Source: an uncultured Pseudomonadota bacterium (lineage in GTDB: Bacteria; Myxococcota_A; UBA9160; PR03). Taken from it: a stretch of 64,000 bases of DNA. The translations under genes and the position numbers were made by a program. Under the pieces are notes generated by a model that worked only from the letters and a program-made list of their open reading frames with translations, did no database searches and had not been told where the DNA came from. The DNA lies in contig CAADGG010000013.1 of NCBI GenBank assembly GCA_900696485.1, forward strand, positions 124,015 to 188,014. Direction: 5' to 3'. The first letter of the stretch is position 1; each line of letters opens with the position of its first letter. Positions 61,164-64,000 of the stretch are shown in pieces.

Positions 61164-62312
61164 ATGGAGTCGGATCCCGCGGGCGCCGCGGACGCGGGTC
61201 GGGCCTCTGCCCCGGTCCTGCCGCACCGGAACGAGGCGCTGGCCCGCGAGCCGGCGCTGTTCCGCCGCTACCCGGCGCTGCGCGCGCTGCCGCGCGCGCC
61301 GTTCGTCCTGGCCCCGACGCCGATCGAGCCCCTCGCGCTGGCCGGTGCGCCGCCCGGCGACTGCTTCGTCAAACGGGACGACCGTTCGTGCGCCCTCTAC
61401 GGCGGCAACAAGCCCCGCAAGCTCGAGTTCGTGCTCGGCGCGGCGGCGGCACGGGGCACACGGCGGCTGATCACCAACGGCGGCATCGGCACCCACCACG
61501 GTCTCGCCACGGCGATCCTCGGCCGGACGCTCGGAATGGCCACCACCGTGGTGTGCGTGCCGCAGCCGCTGACGAAGCACGTCCGCGAACAACTCGAGGC
61601 GATGCTCGCCTTCGAAGCGGAGTTGCGTTTCGCGCGCAGCGTGCCGGGGGCCGCCGCGCAGACCGTGCGCGCGTTCGTCCGCAGCACACTCGCAGGCGAG
61701 CGCCCGCAACTGATTCCCACGGGTGGCTCCTCCGCCGTCGGTGACATCGGATTCGTGTCGGCGGCCTTCGAGTTGGCCGAGCAGATCGAGACCGGGGCCA
61801 TGCCGGCTCCGAACGAGATCTACCTGCCGATCGGAAGCGGCGGATCGCTGTCCGGACTCACGCTCGGCGCGCGACTGGCGGGCCTGCGCGCGCGCCTCAT
61901 CGGCGTGCTGGTGACGGACATCCTGCCGCCCGGTCCACGGCGCATCGCGGCCTTGGCGCGGGCCACGCTCACGCGGTTGCGCCGGCTCGATGCGACGATT
62001 CCGGAACTGTCGATCGGGCCGGAGGACTTCGAGATCACGCGCGCCCAGCTCGGAGCCGGCTATGGTGCGGAAACCGAAGCCGGCCAGGAGGCGGCGCGGC
62101 AGGCGACCGACGCCGGTCTCTTGCTGGAGCAGACCTACACCGCCAAATGCATGGCCGAGATGCTGGCGCGGCAGGCGGACGGACGGAGCCGGCCGCCGCT
62201 GCTGTTCTGGCACACCTACAACTCGGTGGATTTCTGGACGCAGGCGCCGGCGCATCCAGGCCTCGAGCGCTTGCCCGCCTCGCTGCGGGCCTGGATCGCC
62301 GGTCAGCCCTGA
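61164..62312 (+). CDS. PLP-dependent ACC deaminase / D-cysteine desulfhydrase family protein
   Basis: The ATG at 61164 is preceded by 'aagggggag'. 'VKRDDRS..LYGGNKPRKLEF', 'GGIGTHHG', 'TGGSS'. Confidence 0.75.
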   Translation: MESDPAGAADAGRASAPVLPHRNEALAREPALFRRYPALRALPRAPFVLAPTPIEPLALAGAPPGDCFVKRDDRSCALYGGNKPRKLEFVLGAAAARGTRRLITNGGIGTHHGLATAILGRTLGMATTVVCVPQPLTKHVREQLEAMLAFEAELRFARSVPGAAAQTVRAFVRSTLAGERPQLIPTGGSSAVGDIGFVSAAFELAEQIETGAMPAPNEIYLPIGSGGSLSGLTLGARLAGLRARLIGVLVTDILPPGPRRIAALARATLTRLRRLDATIPELSIGPEDFEITRAQLGAGYGAETEAGQEAARQATDAGLLLEQTYTAKCMAEMLARQADGRSRPPLLFWHTYNSVDFWTQAPAHPGLERLPASLRAWIAGQP

Positions 62313-62755
62313 CGCGGGCTTCCGCGCTCCGCGGCGTCCCGCTCGACACCCGCGACCCAGCACAGCACGTCGGTCTCGGTGATCATCCCGGCCAGCACGT
62401 CGCCGTCGAGGACGGGCAGGCAGCCGATCTTGCGATCGGCCATCAGCCGGGCCGCCAACTGCACCCGGGCGTCCGGGTCGATGACGATCGGCGGGGCCGA
62501 CATCACCCGCTCGATCTCGATCGCGTGCAGGAAGGCGCGGCGCGCCTCGCTGCCATACGAGCCCAGCTCGGACAGCGACGCCCGCAGCAGATCCCGCTGG
62601 GAGAGCACGCCGACCAGTTGTCCGCCGTGCACGACCGGCATGTGTCGCACGCGGCCGAGCGTCATGATGTCCTCGACCGTGGACAGGCGCTCGGTCACGC
62701 CGATCGTCACGATCTTCGTCTGCATGATGTCGCGGACACGCGCATGGTCGATCAA
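62303..62755 (-). CDS. CBS-domain pair protein
   Basis: Two CBS repeats: 'VRDIM....VTI.....L..V...M......HMPVV..G.LVGVLSQRDLL' and 'VMS..P..I.........A..LM....IGCLPV.....L.GMITETDVL'. Confidence 0.8.
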   Translation of the reverse strand: MIDHARVRDIMQTKIVTIGVTERLSTVEDIMTLGRVRHMPVVHGGQLVGVLSQRDLLRASLSELGSYGSEARRAFLHAIEIERVMSAPPIVIDPDARVQLAARLMADRKIGCLPVLDGDVLAGMITETDVLCWVAGVERDAAERGSPRQG

Positions 62756-62873
62756 ATCGATGCCTCGGACCCGCCACCCTCGGCGGCGGGCTGGGGGGAA
62801 CCAGACGACGGGGACGGCCAGGAATCGTTATCGTCGCGTGGTCGTCGGAGGGCTTCGACGCCGGCCGGAGCCA

Positions 62874-62948
62874 CACATTCGAAGCCTGCACATTCGAAGC
62901 CTACGCATTCGAAGCCTACGCATTCGGGAGCCACGCATCCGGGAGTCT
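62874..62948. repeat. Tandem repeat, 15 bp x 5 (progressively diverging), ending 5 nt before a start codon
   Basis: cacattcgaagcctg / cacattcgaagccta / cgcattcgaagccta / cgcattcgggagcca / cgcatccgggagtct. The ATG is at 62954. Confidence 0.9.
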
Positions 62949-62953
62949 ACTCG

Positions 62954-63442
62954 ATGAGCGCAACGCGAGGAAAGCGCACGCGGCCGCGGACGGAGAGCGC
63001 CGCCGGTGGCGAGGGCAAGGCGGAGGGGCCGGCGGCGCGCGAGGACGCGTCCGGCCGGGTCCCGGAGCTTTTGCGCCGCATGGTCGGGATGGGCTTCTCG
63101 GGCTTCTTCCTGACGGAAGAAGTGGTCCGCAAGGCCCTCGGCGAGACCCTGCCGAAGGATTGGGTCGATTTCGCGGCCGCGCAGAGCGAACGGACCCGGC
63201 GCGAGCTGACCGATCGCATCGCGCACGAGGTCCGCCGGACCCTCGACCGGGTCGACCTCCCGCAACTGGCCGAGCGCTTGCTCCGCGGCCATGCGATCGA
63301 GGTCAGTGCTCGGCTCCGCTTCATCCCGCGCCGGGACGAGCCGGGGGCGAGCGACCTGTCCTCCGCAAGCGACACCGCAACCGGACGCAAGCTTCGCGTC
63401 ACGGTGACCGAGGCCCCGGACGAGCAGGAGGACGAGCCTTGA
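62954..63442 (+). CDS. Hypothetical protein (162 aa), basic N-terminus and acidic C-terminus
   Basis: ATG at 62954 in ORF 62147..63442, with strong G/C bias at third positions. 'LLRRMVGMGFSGFFLTEEVVRKALGETLPKDWVDFAAAQSE'. I recognise no family. Confidence 0.55.
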   Translation: MSATRGKRTRPRTESAAGGEGKAEGPAAREDASGRVPELLRRMVGMGFSGFFLTEEVVRKALGETLPKDWVDFAAAQSERTRRELTDRIAHEVRRTLDRVDLPQLAERLLRGHAIEVSARLRFIPRRDEPGASDLSSASDTATGRKLRVTVTEAPDEQEDEP

Positions 63443-64000
63443 CGGGGTCCCGAACCCCTGCCGCCAGCCCCCTGCGCGTCGCCGTCCACGTCGGGCTCCT
63501 CGCGGCGCTGCTCGCGTGGACGGGTTCGTTGCACCACGGCCTCGGCCCGCGCCCGGATCTCGGCGTCGAGTGGTACTCGCCGCGCGGCTTCCTGACGCGC
63601 GCCGTGCTGGCGTCCTCCTGGGAGTCCCTGCTGGCGACACGCTGGAAGGGCTTCCTCGTATTCTGGACCCCGGCCCTGCTGCTGGCCATCGGATGCTGGT
63701 GGACGACGAGGTCCGCGCTGCTGCGAACCCTTGCCGTCAGCGCCGCCCTCGCCGCCGGGATCTTCGTCTTCTACGCGCTCGGCGGCGGCTCGTCACAAGT
63801 CGCGTGGATGCTGTTCCACTGGCGCGCGTCGGCCACGATGCTGGCGCTGGCCATGGTCGTCGGCAGCGTGCTGCTGGCCCCGTGGCTGGCGGCGAGCTGG
63901 TTGGAACTCGGCTGGCCCCTGCGTGTGTTGACGTTCCTGCCCGTCGCCCTGGGCGTGATTGCGATCGAGCGCGGCGTCACCGGCACCGACCCGAAGCTGC
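63439..64000 (+). CDS. Polytopic membrane protein, N-terminal part (3' end outside window); not in the supplied ORF track
   Basis: Hand translation from the TTG at 63439 (TTGA overlap with the upstream stop) stays open to the window end. Third positions are strongly G/C-biased, and several hydrophobic helices are present ('VAVHVGLLAALLAW', 'FLVFWTPALLLAIGCWW', 'LAVSAALAAGIFVFYAL', 'MLALAMVVGSVLLAPWLAA'). Confidence 0.55.
   Translation, partial: MTGSRTPAASPLRVAVHVGLLAALLAWTGSLHHGLGPRPDLGVEWYSPRGFLTRAVLASSWESLLATRWKGFLVFWTPALLLAIGCWWTTRSALLRTLAVSAALAAGIFVFYALGGGSSQVAWMLFHWRASATMLALAMVVGSVLLAPWLAASWLELGWPLRVLTFLPVALGVIAIERGVTGTDPKL

Noticed and set aside
54352-62891. Very long ORFs 54352..56685 (+), 56055..57842 (+), 57118..59628 (+), 59324..61744 (+) and 60678..62891 (-).
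   Set aside because: Each is antisense to, or out of frame with, strongly supported genes (cysK, truD, rnhB, lpxD, usp, the aldehyde dehydrogenase, the ACC-deaminase-like gene). All have shadow-ORF composition.
10935-62948. Whether any of the tandem repeat arrays (12, 15, 16, 18 or 36 bp) is a CRISPR array.
   Set aside because: The units are contiguous with no unique spacers, are far shorter than CRISPR repeats, and no cas genes are present.
1-64000. Mobile elements, a prophage or a defence island.
   Set aside because: No integrase, transposase, recombinase, phage structural, restriction-modification, toxin-antitoxin or other known defence gene motifs were recognised. The Com-like ribbon is not accompanied by mom or by other phage genes.

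Overview
A 64 kb high-GC chromosomal segment (about 70% G+C by eye, not computed). It comes from a Gram-negative-type bacterium, based on lpxD, a beta-barrel protein ending in Phe, and a PEP-CTERM protein. Coding density is high, and many neighbouring genes are joined by 4-nt start/stop overlaps (ATGA, GTGA, TTGA). I support about 65 protein-coding genes.

Most are housekeeping:
- F420 genes cofC and cofE
- engB
- a System I cytochrome c maturation operon (ccmE, ccmF, an extra gene, then ccmABCD)
- hisG, hisI, plsB, ffh
- an MltD-like transglycosylase
- rlmN, trmB, sppA, a PMM/PGM, tatA
- polA, cysK, truD, rnhB, lpxD
- an aldehyde dehydrogenase

I found no rRNA, tRNA, CRISPR array, transposase, integrase or prophage block. 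Many long ORFs in the supplied track are Arg/Pro/Gly-rich shadow frames, as expected for high-GC DNA, and I rejected them.

The least ordinary content is:
1. A four-gene module at 28.6-32.1 kb: a MerR-like regulator, a ParA ATPase fused to a CBM48 glycogen-binding domain, a Walker-A-less ParA/MinD paralogue, and a NucS/DUF91-like protein.
2. A co-directional cluster at 42.8-47.1 kb: an outer-membrane barrel, a periplasmic FMN-binding protein, a 4-TM His-containing protein, ApbE and a nucleotidyltransferase. It looks like an extracytosolic flavin-based redox module.
3. A perfect long palindromic repeat family with two copies (17465-17559 and 50714-50796). The copies differ only by changes that keep each one a perfect palindrome.
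4. An atypical ccm operon with a Cys-type CcmE (CPSKF) and an embedded 628-aa unknown protein.
5. An isolated zinc-ribbon orphan gene behind a 780-bp non-coding region.
6. A possible DAG-kinase / Tam41-like lipid salvage cluster.
7. Several short tandem repeat arrays (12, 15, 16, 18 and 36 bp) in 5' regions.

All functional calls rest on motif-level recognition of the translated ORFs. No database search was run.
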